From Bdellovibrionia bacterium (GTDB lineage Bacteria > Bdellovibrionota > UBA1018): a DNA stretch of 21,084 bases. The notes under the pieces were generated by a model, which saw only the letters and a program-made list of their open reading frames with translations, searched no databases and was not told the DNA's origin. Positions within the stretch are counted from its first letter, which is position 1, and each line of letters opens with the position of its first letter. The translations under genes and the position numbers were made by a program. Below, piece by piece: positions 1 to 8,884 of this stretch. Location of the stretch: contig JBJMMA010000007.1 of assembly GCA_045805065.1 (NCBI GenBank), positions 1-21,084 of the forward strand. The letters are read 5' to 3'.

Positions 1-2
1 AT

Positions 3-248
3 CAGCTCGGAGGCGCGCTTTCTGAAATTGCAGTCAGCTACTGCGAGAAGAAAGTCACGCCTACGCCAAGCCCAAGCCCTACGGTGACAGCTTCGCCTAG
101 CCCAAGTCCTACGGTAACGGCTTCGCCTAGCCCAAGTCCTACGGTAACGGCTTCGCCTAGCCCAAGCCCTACGGTGACAGCTTCGCCTAGCCCAAGTCCT
201 ACGCCAACTTGCTCTGGTCCATTCTGTGGTCCAGGCGGTGCAACCTAA
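3..248 (+). CDS. 3' end of a protein with a Ser/Pro/Thr-rich tail (5'-truncated by window edge)
   Basis: Not in the ORF track. Frame 3 is open from the window edge: [22 protein letters not shown]([10 protein letters not shown])x4 [19 protein letters not shown], then TAA at 246-248. It converges on glpD with an 11-nt gap. Confidence 0.75.
   Translation, partial: QLGGALSEIAVSYCEKKVTPTPSPSPTVTASPSPSPTVTASPSPSPTVTASPSPSPTVTASPSPSPTPTCSGPFCGPGGAT
69..203 (+). repeat. 30-bp coding tandem repeat, 4.5 copies
   Basis: Unit agcccaagYcctacggtRacRgcttcgcct. Copies 1 and 4 are identical, and copies 2 and 3 are identical. The differences are synonymous and each unit encodes [10 protein letters not shown]. 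Confidence 0.95.
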
Positions 249-259
249 CCGAGTGAGAG

Positions 260-1996
260 TTACTTGAGTTGGCTTTGCCAGCGAGAGCGCTCAGCGATCT
301 CCTGGCGAAGCTGCTCAAGCTCGCGGATACGATCTGCGACATCCTTACCCAGCTCGTCAGCCCAGATATGAGAAAGAGCTTCAGCCCAAGGAAGCCCGTG
401 ATCCGCGCGACTCGCATACAGTGGCACGCGCCTGAAATAAAAATCGCGAAGATGCATCGTCATCTCATAGCGAATGCAGAAACGAAGCTGCCCACCTAAA
501 TCCGGGAAACCCTCCGGCCAGGCGATCGCCGGAGCAGGATCTTTTTCGGAAAGCTCACGAACAACCCATGCGTTGGCGCCGTAGCGCTCCAGAAGCTCGC
601 GAGGAAGATCGATCTTCTTTGAAGCCGCCATGAGCTTTGCCTTGGCAATCGCCTCAGGCGTTGCATGCGGGTTCATAGGCTCGCGCGTGTTAGGGTTTTG
701 CAAAGAAGCTGGAGGCTGATCGTCTCTTTCGCGCTCAGCGTCCGCACTCCAACGCTCAAGTGTGAATTCCACGATCTCTTCTGCCATCTTTCGGTAGGTC
801 GTGTACTTACCGCCGGCCACGACCGTTGTGCGGCCCGGACCTACATCAATATGATGCTCGCGCGAAACCTTTTGAAGCTTTTCAATCGATGCATCATCCC
901 CACCGACCAGAGGCCTCACTCCCACATAAGCGCTGAGGATATCCGAAGCTTTAAGCTCCAGGTCTGGGAAATAGCGATTGAGAAGATCGAGAAGATAATC
1001 GACATCATCGCGCCCTACGTCTGCAAGCGAGGGCTCTGCCGGGGATGGTCCGTCCGTTGTTCCAACAACCACGACTCCGCTTCCAAAATCCGGGCGTGGA
1101 ATCACAAAAGAGATGCGTCCATCCACAGGATGACTCATCACCATCGCGCCTTGGATCGGAATGCGTTTCAGATCAAAGATCAGATGAACGCCTTTGCTTG
1201 GGCTCAGCCAAGTTTTCCAATCACGAGCCATGCGCTGCCCGAGCTCATCGGTCCAGGGGCCTGCGCAAACGATCGTACGATGAGCTTTAATTTCAAACTC
1301 CTCGCCTTTTGGATTCAAAGTGTCGCGAACCTTGAAACCTGAGATCTTGTCCCCTCGCGGTGATTTGGTCCAAAGCGGCGAGACCGCTTCGCAGTAGTTT
1401 GCGATCACTGCATCGCTTTGAGCTGCGGACCTCATGACCTCAACGACCATGACATCATCCCACATCGATGCATCATAATAGCTGAAGCCACCTTGAAGGC
1501 CCTGCTTCTTGAGAAACGGAATTTCTCTCAACATCCTTTTGCGCGAGAGACTCTTATGAAAACCGGGAGCGCGGAAAAGCGAAAGCAGGTCGTAAAGCCA
1601 CATTCCGCACATCAGGACGAAGCGTCCGTTGGCATCGCCTTGATAGACCGGAAAATAAAACTTCAGTGGCCGCACCATGTGCGGCGCGGTCTTGAGAAGA
1701 TTGGCGCGCTCTGAAAGAGCCTCGAAAACCAGGCCAAACTCGAAGTTCTCCAGGTAGCGCAAACCACCATGAATGAGCTTTGAGCTTCGCGAGGAAGTCC
1801 CGACAGCGAAGTCCGAGCGCTCGACCAGCGCCACCTTGAGCCCGCGTCTGGCGGCATCGCGCGCGACGCCTGCGCCCGTGATGCCTCCGCCGATCACCAG
1901 AAAATCAAACGTCTCCTCTTTCAGCCTGCGAAGATTGCGCTCGCGCACGCGATGAGAGAAATCCGTCTGCGTCTCTGTTTGAACCGGAAAAGTCAT
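260..1996 (-). CDS. glpD: FAD-dependent glycerol-3-phosphate dehydrogenase/oxidase
   Basis: FDFLVIGGGITGAGVARDAA FAD motif, GTSSRSSKLIHGGLRYLE, SKGVHL, GVRPL and GGKYTTYRKMAE are all GlpD signatures. Confidence 0.93.
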   Translation of the reverse strand: MTFPVQTETQTDFSHRVRERNLRRLKEETFDFLVIGGGITGAGVARDAARRGLKVALVERSDFAVGTSSRSSKLIHGGLRYLENFEFGLVFEALSERANLLKTAPHMVRPLKFYFPVYQGDANGRFVLMCGMWLYDLLSLFRAPGFHKSLSRKRMLREIPFLKKQGLQGGFSYYDASMWDDVMVVEVMRSAAQSDAVIANYCEAVSPLWTKSPRGDKISGFKVRDTLNPKGEEFEIKAHRTIVCAGPWTDELGQRMARDWKTWLSPSKGVHLIFDLKRIPIQGAMVMSHPVDGRISFVIPRPDFGSGVVVVGTTDGPSPAEPSLADVGRDDVDYLLDLLNRYFPDLELKASDILSAYVGVRPLVGGDDASIEKLQKVSREHHIDVGPGRTTVVAGGKYTTYRKMAEEIVEFTLERWSADAERERDDQPPASLQNPNTREPMNPHATPEAIAKAKLMAASKKIDLPRELLERYGANAWVVRELSEKDPAPAIAWPEGFPDLGGQLRFCIRYEMTMHLRDFYFRRVPLYASRADHGLPWAEALSHIWADELGKDVADRIRELEQLRQEIAERSRWQSQLK

Positions 1997-3840
1997 GTAC
2001 GCGTGGGTGGCTGACGAACTGAGATTCCAACTTCCACAAGCTGCTCAGGAGTGACGGTCGATGGCGTTTCGGCCATGAGATCCGTACCCTTCTGGGTTTT
2101 TGGAAATGCCATGACGTCGCGAATCGGACCAACACCGCAAAGAAGCGCGGTCAAGCGCTCGACGCCAAACGCGATCCCTCCATGCGGAGGAGTTCCATAT
2201 TGAAGCGCTTCGAGGAAAAATCCGAACTTCAGTTTTGCTTCCTCATCGGTGAGTCCCAGAACGCGGAACATCGCCGATTGAACATCCGGGCGGTAAATAC
2301 GAAGGCTTCCGCCCCCGATCTCCACGCCGTTCAAGACCATGTCGTACGCAGAAGCTTCGATTTGATCGAGGTTGCGGCTTTGAACAAAGTCTTCGAAATG
2401 TTCCGGACGGGGCGAAGTAAACGGGTGGTGACATGCATAGTAGCGGTTTTCCTTATCGTCGAATTCAAGAAGCGGAAAGTTCATGACCCAGAGGAACGCT
2501 GGTTTCCCCTCGCCCGGCTTTGGAATCATTCCCAAGCGCGCACCCACCATCAGGCGGAGCGCTCCGAGCGAGTCAAACACGATCTTGTCTTTTGGATCAG
2601 CCACAACCAGAACCAGATGCCCAGGTTGAAGTCCCAAGCGGGTTTTGAGGGCAGCTTTTTCATCTTCACTGAAGAACTTCGCAGCAGGCGACTGAAGCTC
2701 TCCTCCGGCCTGAACCTTGATCCAGAGCAAGCCCTTGGCGCCGTGAGTTGTGGCATGAGCTTGAAGATCATCAAGATCCTTGCGAGAGAATTTCTCAGCC
2801 TGCCCTTCCAGTACAATTGCACGAACTGAGCCGCGGCGGCCTCTTGCGTTCTTAGCAAGCGCGCCTTGAAAAACCTGAAACGTGCTTTTTTCAAAGACAT
2901 CGGAAATATCTTGAAGCTCAAGGCCAAAGCGGACATCGGGCTTATCACTTCCAAAGCGCGCCATCGCTTCGCGATACGGCATGCGTGGGAATGGGCGTGG
3001 AATGTCCTCGTTGAGAATCTCTTTCCAGAGCTTTGCGATCATCTCTTCAAGAATCGGGAAGAACTGCTCTTCGTTCAGGAAGGATTGCTCGATATCGATT
3101 TGAGTGAACTCAGGCTGACGGTCAGCGCGCAAGTCCTCATCGCGGAAGCAACGTGCGACTTGATAGTAGCGATCCATGCCCGAGATCATCAGGAGCTGCT
3201 TGAGCGTCTGTGGCGACTGCGGAAGCGCGTAGAAAGTTCCCGGATTGATGCGAGACGGGACAATGAAGTCACGCGCGCCTTCTGGCGTGGACTTGTAAAG
3301 AATCGGCGTCTCGACTTCACAGAAGCTGTGCTTGTCGAGGTGATTGCGAACGATCGAGAGCATGCGATGGCGAGTCAGAAGATTTTTCTGAAGCGATGGC
3401 CTGCGAAGATCGAGATAACGATATTTTAAACGAAGGGTCTCAGCGACATCCGCTTCATCGTCGATTGCAAACGGAGGAGTCTTGGCTTCAGACAAAATCA
3501 CAATGTCAGTGCATGCGACTTCGATCTCGCCTGTGGCCATCTTTGAATTGGCCATTCCTTGAGGGCGATTGCGAACCTTGCCTTTCACCCAAAGGACAAA
3601 TTCAGAACGAATCCTGCCTGCTGTCGTGTGAGCTTCCGCTCCTCCTGCCAATGCAGGGTCAAAAACGATTTGGGTCAGTCCATAGCGATCGCGCAAATCC
3701 GCGAAAACCAAACCCCCGTGGTCACGACGTTTCGAAACCCAACCACAGAGCATCACCTCTTGGCCAAGATTGGCTGCGCGAAGCTCGCCGCAAGTGTGAC
3801 TTCTATTTATCTGCTTGGTAGTTTGTACGGAGGTTTCCAT
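1993..3840 (-). CDS. aspS: Aspartate--tRNA(Asp/Asn) ligase, probably non-discriminating
   Basis: RSHTCGELR, RRDHGGLVFADLRD, RLKYRYLDLRR, STPEGARDF, YALPQSPQ, CFRDEDLRADRQPEFTQID and PPHGGIAFGVER. The stop codon overlaps the glpD start (ATGA). Confidence 0.97.
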   Translation of the reverse strand: METSVQTTKQINRSHTCGELRAANLGQEVMLCGWVSKRRDHGGLVFADLRDRYGLTQIVFDPALAGGAEAHTTAGRIRSEFVLWVKGKVRNRPQGMANSKMATGEIEVACTDIVILSEAKTPPFAIDDEADVAETLRLKYRYLDLRRPSLQKNLLTRHRMLSIVRNHLDKHSFCEVETPILYKSTPEGARDFIVPSRINPGTFYALPQSPQTLKQLLMISGMDRYYQVARCFRDEDLRADRQPEFTQIDIEQSFLNEEQFFPILEEMIAKLWKEILNEDIPRPFPRMPYREAMARFGSDKPDVRFGLELQDISDVFEKSTFQVFQGALAKNARGRRGSVRAIVLEGQAEKFSRKDLDDLQAHATTHGAKGLLWIKVQAGGELQSPAAKFFSEDEKAALKTRLGLQPGHLVLVVADPKDKIVFDSLGALRLMVGARLGMIPKPGEGKPAFLWVMNFPLLEFDDKENRYYACHHPFTSPRPEHFEDFVQSRNLDQIEASAYDMVLNGVEIGGGSLRIYRPDVQSAMFRVLGLTDEEAKLKFGFFLEALQYGTPPHGGIAFGVERLTALLCGVGPIRDVMAFPKTQKGTDLMAETPSTVTPEQLVEVGISVRQPPTRT

Positions 3841-3932
3841 TCCATCTAGTTAACATCCAGCATCAGAAAAAAGCAATTGTCGCGCGTTCAAAGATTCAGC
3901 AAATTCCACAGCTTTTCCGGGCATTCGCCTTT

Positions 3933-3948
3933 GGGTATATCGTTTGCT
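3933..3948 (+). promoter_or_regulatory. Putative sigma-54 (-24/-12) promoter for the PLD-ybhP pair
   Basis: GGGTATATCGTTTGCT has exact GG-N10-GC spacing and a TTGCT -12 box. The -24 box is imperfect. Confidence 0.4.
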
Positions 3949-3963
3949 TTCCTTTGATCCCGC

Positions 3964-6162
3964 TTGTCAACGCATCCGGCCCAATGGCCAAACCCTTTCA
4001 TTGATGACTCCGTGCAACAACCAGTAACGGCCCCGGCTCCATTGTCCCGGCGGTCCTATGGACAGCTTTCTGTTGCCACGAGCTGGGAAGAAATCTGGGA
4101 AGCGGGCAATTACTACGATCGCGTTGCAGAGCTTTTGGAAGACGCACGGCATTCGATTGTGCTCGTTGGCTGGCAGATTGACTCGCGGCTTCCAATGAAG
4201 CGCCCTCAACGCGTCACAGGACGCAACACGAACGCGCCATCGATCGAATCCCTCAAGCAGAAGATCGTTCGCCTCTGCGACTCAAAGCCTGACCTACAGG
4301 TCTATATTCTGATGTGGGACCATGCCTGGTTCTATGTCTATGAGCGAGAAGTCTGGCAGGGACGAGTCTGGGAAGATATTCATCCCCGGGTTCACTTTAT
4401 ATTTGATAGCCGCCACCCGCTTGGAGCCAGCCATCACGAAAAGCTTTGTCTGATCGATGGACGGATCGCTCTTTGCGGAGGCATTGATCTTTGTGATGAA
4501 CGCTGGGACACGCGAGCGCATCTTCATCACGACTCAAGACGCTCGCTCGATCTCAAAGAAGAGCATCATGGACCTTACCATGACCTGGCCGTTCAGGTCA
4601 GTGGCCCGATCTGCCTTGAGATCCATCGCCATATCGCCGAGAGGTGGGAACGGATTTCCAGCATTCCGTTTCCTCAGGAACCTAAGTTTCCTGAAAACGC
4701 CAGCGGGCACGCGGTTTACTTCAGCAGAACATTGGCTCGAATCGACATCGAGCGCGGCCAGCCTCATGTCGTTCGGGAAGTCGAGTTTCTCTATCGTGAT
4801 CTGATCGACCGGGCGCAGAAGCGACTGATTCTGGAGGGTCAATATTATTGGTCCTGTGAATTCAACGATCTATTGATCCGGAAGGTCCAGAAGATGCGCG
4901 GCCAGGATTTTGAGATCTTCCTGATTCTGGCTGATCTCCGAAAAACCAAATCACTAACGCGCGTGATGTCTCAATATGAGCTCAGGCTTCTGGATCGATT
5001 GGTTGTCGCCGCTCAGACTGCCGGTGTGCGCCTGACACTCGGGATGCCTTACAGCTATCCGTTGGAAAATGCTCAAGGGGAAAACTCTCAAGGCCCGGCT
5101 CGTCCAGTTTACGTGCATTCGAAAACCGTTATTGTGGATGATCACTATCTTTCCATCGGGTCCGCGAACTTTGCGGCTCGTGCGCTTCGACTCGATAGTG
5201 AAGTCAATCTCACGTTTGAGGCAAGAACCGAAGCAGAGAGAAGGCATATCCAGAACTTCGGCAATCGTCTCTTAGCTCACTGGCATACCGGCACGGTCGA
5301 GCTCAGGCCGATCAACCCTGCCCTGCTTCTTCATCATGGCCGCGGCTCGAATCGCTGGTTTGAGCCCCCCTCGCCAAATTTCACCTGGATCGCCTGGGAA
5401 AAGTTCTTTGATCCTGAGATCTCGCCTCTTTACCCTTTCAAGCGCTGGCTCAGGCGCTGGAACTCCGACCGCACACCAATACAAAGAGCGATCGGAAAAT
5501 TCGCGCTGACTTGTCTTGCGGCAGCCATCGTCCTGTTTTTCAGCGGAACCGGCCGCACACCCGACATGCAGATGCGCTCAGTTGCTTACGCTTTGCTTCT
5601 TTGCACATCCTGGGTTCTGCCCGTCCCGTTTCTACCGACCGCGCTCTTTTGCGCAGTGGATCTCTCTCACCTGGCGCGCCTCACGCGGAGTGATCTTGCG
5701 GCATCCATCAAAATTCCAATCATTTCCTTCTGGCTCGTCTCGCTTCTGGGATATTTTGCCGCGCGAATGTATCCCTCTCGGGCCGGCCTGCTGTACGGAA
5801 ACCTGAAGCAAAGCTCTCTGGCCAGATATTTAGGAAAGAGATTTTTTCCGTCTTTGCTCTTGGCCGTTTTTGATCCCGCAGTCCCTCTTCACTACAAAAT
5901 CATCTATGAAGGGATTTATTGCCTGCCGCTGGCATGGTTTGCGCTGGTCAATGGGTTGATCCTTCCGTCTGTTCTGTACGGACTCTTATCTGTTTGGAAC
6001 TGGGTCTGGTCCATTGCAGCATCACCTCAGCTGATTGAGCTGATGAGTGAACTTGCACTGCCGTGGATGATCATTATGTTTTTCATTGGAGCCGCGCGAC
6101 GTAGCAAAGTCGATATTCATCATGCAAAAAAAGCTGAAAATTCTGTCTTACAACATTCATAA
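3964..6162 (+). CDS. Phospholipase D family protein (two HKD motifs) fused to a C-terminal DedA/VTT-like membrane domain
   Basis: HHEKLCLIDGRIALCGGIDL and VHSKTVIVDDHYLSIGSANF. The last ~220 aa are hydrophobic. The start is uncertain (TTG 3964 or GTG 4012). Confidence 0.88.
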   Translation: MSTHPAQWPNPFIDDSVQQPVTAPAPLSRRSYGQLSVATSWEEIWEAGNYYDRVAELLEDARHSIVLVGWQIDSRLPMKRPQRVTGRNTNAPSIESLKQKIVRLCDSKPDLQVYILMWDHAWFYVYEREVWQGRVWEDIHPRVHFIFDSRHPLGASHHEKLCLIDGRIALCGGIDLCDERWDTRAHLHHDSRRSLDLKEEHHGPYHDLAVQVSGPICLEIHRHIAERWERISSIPFPQEPKFPENASGHAVYFSRTLARIDIERGQPHVVREVEFLYRDLIDRAQKRLILEGQYYWSCEFNDLLIRKVQKMRGQDFEIFLILADLRKTKSLTRVMSQYELRLLDRLVVAAQTAGVRLTLGMPYSYPLENAQGENSQGPARPVYVHSKTVIVDDHYLSIGSANFAARALRLDSEVNLTFEARTEAERRHIQNFGNRLLAHWHTGTVELRPINPALLLHHGRGSNRWFEPPSPNFTWIAWEKFFDPEISPLYPFKRWLRRWNSDRTPIQRAIGKFALTCLAAAIVLFFSGTGRTPDMQMRSVAYALLLCTSWVLPVPFLPTALFCAVDLSHLARLTRSDLAASIKIPIISFWLVSLLGYFAARMYPSRAGLLYGNLKQSSLARYLGKRFFPSLLLAVFDPAVPLHYKIIYEGIYCLPLAWFALVNGLILPSVLYGLLSVWNWVWSIAASPQLIELMSELALPWMIIMFFIGAARRSKVDIHHAKKAENSVLQHS

Positions 6163-6907
6163 AGGATTCAGCACGTACAACCGCCGTTTCGTGCTGACCA
6201 GAATCCGTGACGCTCTCAGAGAGATTCACCCGGATCTGGTATTTTTGCAGGAGGTCCTCGGCGAGCATCAACTCTACCGGCACCGCGTACTGGACTGGCC
6301 CGAGCAGTCCCAGTTTGAGTATCTGGCTGATGAACTCTGGCCGCATTATGCGTACGGAAAAAACGCGGTTTATTCGTCCGGCCATCACGGCAACGCGATT
6401 TTGAGCAAATATCCGATTACACATTGGGATAATATTGATGTCTCGACCAGCGCCATGGAAAGACGAGGAATTTTGCACGCGGTGCTCGATGTTCCCGCAT
6501 CGCTTGTGGGAGAAAGCAGTCGAAAGCCCGTTCCTCTTCATGCCATCTGCGTTCATCTCGGTCTTTTGGAAGCAGATCGAACCAAACAGATTCAACAACT
6601 GGTGAACCGGATCGACTCTCATGTGCCGCATGACGAGCCGCTCGTGATCTGTGGCGACTTTAACGACTGGCGGCTTCGCGCGAGCCGGCCCCTTCGTCAC
6701 CAGCTGGAAGTCACCGAAGCGTTCTATACGCTCACCGGCAATCATGCGCGTACGTTTCCAAGCTGGATGCCCGCGTTAAGACTCGATCGAGTCTATTTCC
6801 GTGGCATGCACGCTAAAAGTGCAAAATGCCTCACAGGAAAGCCCTGGAGTGAGCTCTCCGATCACACTGCCCTTTTAGTGGAGCTCGATCGGCCGAAGCT
6901 GGCTTAA
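6122..6907 (+). CDS. Endonuclease/exonuclease/phosphatase family protein, YbhP-like
   Basis: LSYNIHKG, LQEV, HHGNAILS, VHLGL, GDFNDW, LDRVY and LSDH. ATG 6122 is preferred over the track start at 6086. It overlaps the 3' end of the PLD gene by 41 nt. Confidence 0.92.
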   Translation: MQKKLKILSYNIHKGFSTYNRRFVLTRIRDALREIHPDLVFLQEVLGEHQLYRHRVLDWPEQSQFEYLADELWPHYAYGKNAVYSSGHHGNAILSKYPITHWDNIDVSTSAMERRGILHAVLDVPASLVGESSRKPVPLHAICVHLGLLEADRTKQIQQLVNRIDSHVPHDEPLVICGDFNDWRLRASRPLRHQLEVTEAFYTLTGNHARTFPSWMPALRLDRVYFRGMHAKSAKCLTGKPWSELSDHTALLVELDRPKLA

Positions 6908-6922
6908 ACAGTGAGCGACAAA

Positions 6923-7288
6923 TCAAGCTGCGCCTTGATTGGAAACCGCTTCGACCAGAATATCAGCCAGCTCTTCAATGGTATAAGGCTTGGCCAGGAA
7001 CCACGCTCCAGGCAAGTGGCGAGCGCGAGCTTCCCCATGCTGAACCGCTGAGAGTACGACGGTCGGTGGAACGCGTCCAAATTGAGCCTGAATCTGCTGG
7101 TAAACGTCTTCGCCGCTCATTCCCTGAAGGGTCAGATCGAGGAGCATGACGTCAGGCCACTCTATCTTGAGTTGCTCGAGAGCTTGTTCGCCGCTGTCTA
7201 CAAGAATGGGCTGATGCTGATACGCCTCAAGGACCATTCCCAGCGTTTCACGGACAGAAGTATCGTCTTCGACCACTAGAACTCTCAT
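6923..7288 (-). CDS. Single-domain response regulator (receiver only)
   Basis: MRVLVVEDD, LLD (phospho-acceptor), VVLSA and LAKPY. A GGAG RBS lies upstream of ATG 7288. Confidence 0.9.
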   Translation of the reverse strand: MRVLVVEDDTSVRETLGMVLEAYQHQPILVDSGEQALEQLKIEWPDVMLLDLTLQGMSGEDVYQQIQAQFGRVPPTVVLSAVQHGEARARHLPGAWFLAKPYTIEELADILVEAVSNQGAA

Positions 7289-7395
7289 TATACTCTCCAG
7301 AGCGATCTCTTTAGATTTCCACTCAAACAATCAAGAAGGCAATTCAAGAAGGCGACTCGACCAGTTGCTTCATATAAAAGCTGGTGCAGACTTCT

Positions 7396-7411
7396 TGCAT
7401 ATCTGGAGCCA
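7396..7411 (-). promoter_or_regulatory. Putative sigma-54 promoter for the response regulator
   Basis: The minus strand reads TGGCTCCAGATATGCA (TGGC...TGCA, GG-N10-GC), in the divergent intergenic region. Confidence 0.5.
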
Positions 7412-7448
7412 GGATTCCAGCCATTATAATTGGCTAGTGACGAAAATT

Positions 7449-8873
7449 ATGCCCCTTTCTAATGCTGCAAGTCAGACACAGATTCAAAATAGAATTGAAA
7501 AAGACTCGCTCGGCGAGGTGCGACTTCCCCGTGATGCTTTATACGGTGCACAAACTCAGCGAGCTCTTGAGAATTTTCCGATTTCGGGTCGCTCTATTCA
7601 TCCTGAATTGATCCGAGCTTACCTACGCCTCAAATGGGCAGCAGCGGTGTCAAATGAAACCACTGGCGCCATTTCCTCCGAAGTCTCAAGGCTCATCCAA
7701 ACAGCCGTAAACGATTTGCTCGCCATGCCCATTGCGTCATGGAAGGAGTTTTTTCCGGTCGATAGCCATCAGGCCGGCGCGGGCACAAGCTCCAACATGA
7801 ACGTGAACGAGGTGATCGCCAATCTTGCGAACGTGATCGCAGGAAGCTTACTCGGAAGTTACAAACCGGTTCACCCGAACGATCATGTCAATCGCTCTCA
7901 ATCCACGAATGACACCTTCCCCACCGCAATGCGAATGGCGCTGGTCGAGGCCTCGCGCGAACTTTGGCGTGAGCTTGAAAAACTTGCGGCAGCGTTGGGT
8001 TCAAAAGCGCGCGCCTGGATGCACATTCCGAAATCAGGTCGCACGCATCTTCAAGACGCGGTTCCGATGATGTTAGGTCAGGAGTTCGCGGCGTACTCGC
8101 TCACCGTTTCTCGTTGCGCGCGCTGGATTGAACAAGCTCGCAAGGAAATGATGGAGCTAGGAATTGGAGGCAGCGCCGCAGGCACAGGGCTCACCGTTCC
8201 TGATGGTTATTCTGAAAAAATCGTTCACGAAATTTCAAAACTTACGGGTGAGTCTTTTAGACTTGCACCCAACCTCGTCGAATCGATGCAGTCCCAATCG
8301 CCTGTGATGTATTACTCATCGACGCTGAGACTGATGGCATTGGAGCTCACACGCATCTGCAATGACTTAAGACTCATGGCTTCTGGTCCTATGACCGGTC
8401 TTGCAGAAATCCTTTTGCCATCGGTTCAGCCTGGAAGCAGCATCATGCCGGGAAAAGTGAACCCTTCTATTTTGGAAATGGCGAACCAAGCCTGGTTCGC
8501 CGTTCTGGGAGAGGATCAAACGGTGGCCTACGCTACGCAATCCGGCCAACTTGAGCTCAACGTCATGATGCCCATTATGGCTCAATCACTCCTGGAAGCC
8601 ACGGGAATCGCGACCGCCGCTTTGAAAACCATGCGCGAGCGCGCCGTCGAGGGAATGCAGCCCAACGAAGAGAAGCTGCGCAAATACTACGAGAGCACTC
8701 CACAAGTGGCGACTGCACTCTCGCCTCGCCTCGGATATGCCCAGACCGCTGAGCTGGTGAAAGAAGCTTTAGCGCAGGGAACTTCGGTGCTTGAGCTCGT
8801 GCGATCGCGCGGACTCATGCCTGAAGATGAGCTTCGCTCGTTAACTGATCCTCATAAGCTCACAGGAACTTGA
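7449..8873 (+). CDS. aspA: Aspartate ammonia-lyase (aspartase/class II fumarase superfamily)
   Basis: RIEKDSLGE, YGAQTQRA, QAGAGTSSNMNVNE (closer to aspartase GAGTS than to FumC TGSGT), GRTHLQDA and GSSIMPGKVNP. FumC activity is not excluded. ATG 7449 is the preferred start. Confidence 0.8.
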   Translation: MPLSNAASQTQIQNRIEKDSLGEVRLPRDALYGAQTQRALENFPISGRSIHPELIRAYLRLKWAAAVSNETTGAISSEVSRLIQTAVNDLLAMPIASWKEFFPVDSHQAGAGTSSNMNVNEVIANLANVIAGSLLGSYKPVHPNDHVNRSQSTNDTFPTAMRMALVEASRELWRELEKLAAALGSKARAWMHIPKSGRTHLQDAVPMMLGQEFAAYSLTVSRCARWIEQARKEMMELGIGGSAAGTGLTVPDGYSEKIVHEISKLTGESFRLAPNLVESMQSQSPVMYYSSTLRLMALELTRICNDLRLMASGPMTGLAEILLPSVQPGSSIMPGKVNPSILEMANQAWFAVLGEDQTVAYATQSGQLELNVMMPIMAQSLLEATGIATAALKTMRERAVEGMQPNEEKLRKYYESTPQVATALSPRLGYAQTAELVKEALAQGTSVLELVRSRGLMPEDELRSLTDPHKLTGT

Positions 8874-8884
8874 GAGCCTGAACT

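Noticed and set aside
69..203. 30-bp repeats as a CRISPR array
   Set aside because: The units are contiguous with no unique spacers, stay in codon phase and differ only synonymously. No cas genes are present in the window.
665..3849. Long plus-strand ORFs (665-1342, 2182-2829, 2866-3429 and others)
   Set aside because: They are antisense shadows of glpD and aspS with no recognisable motifs.
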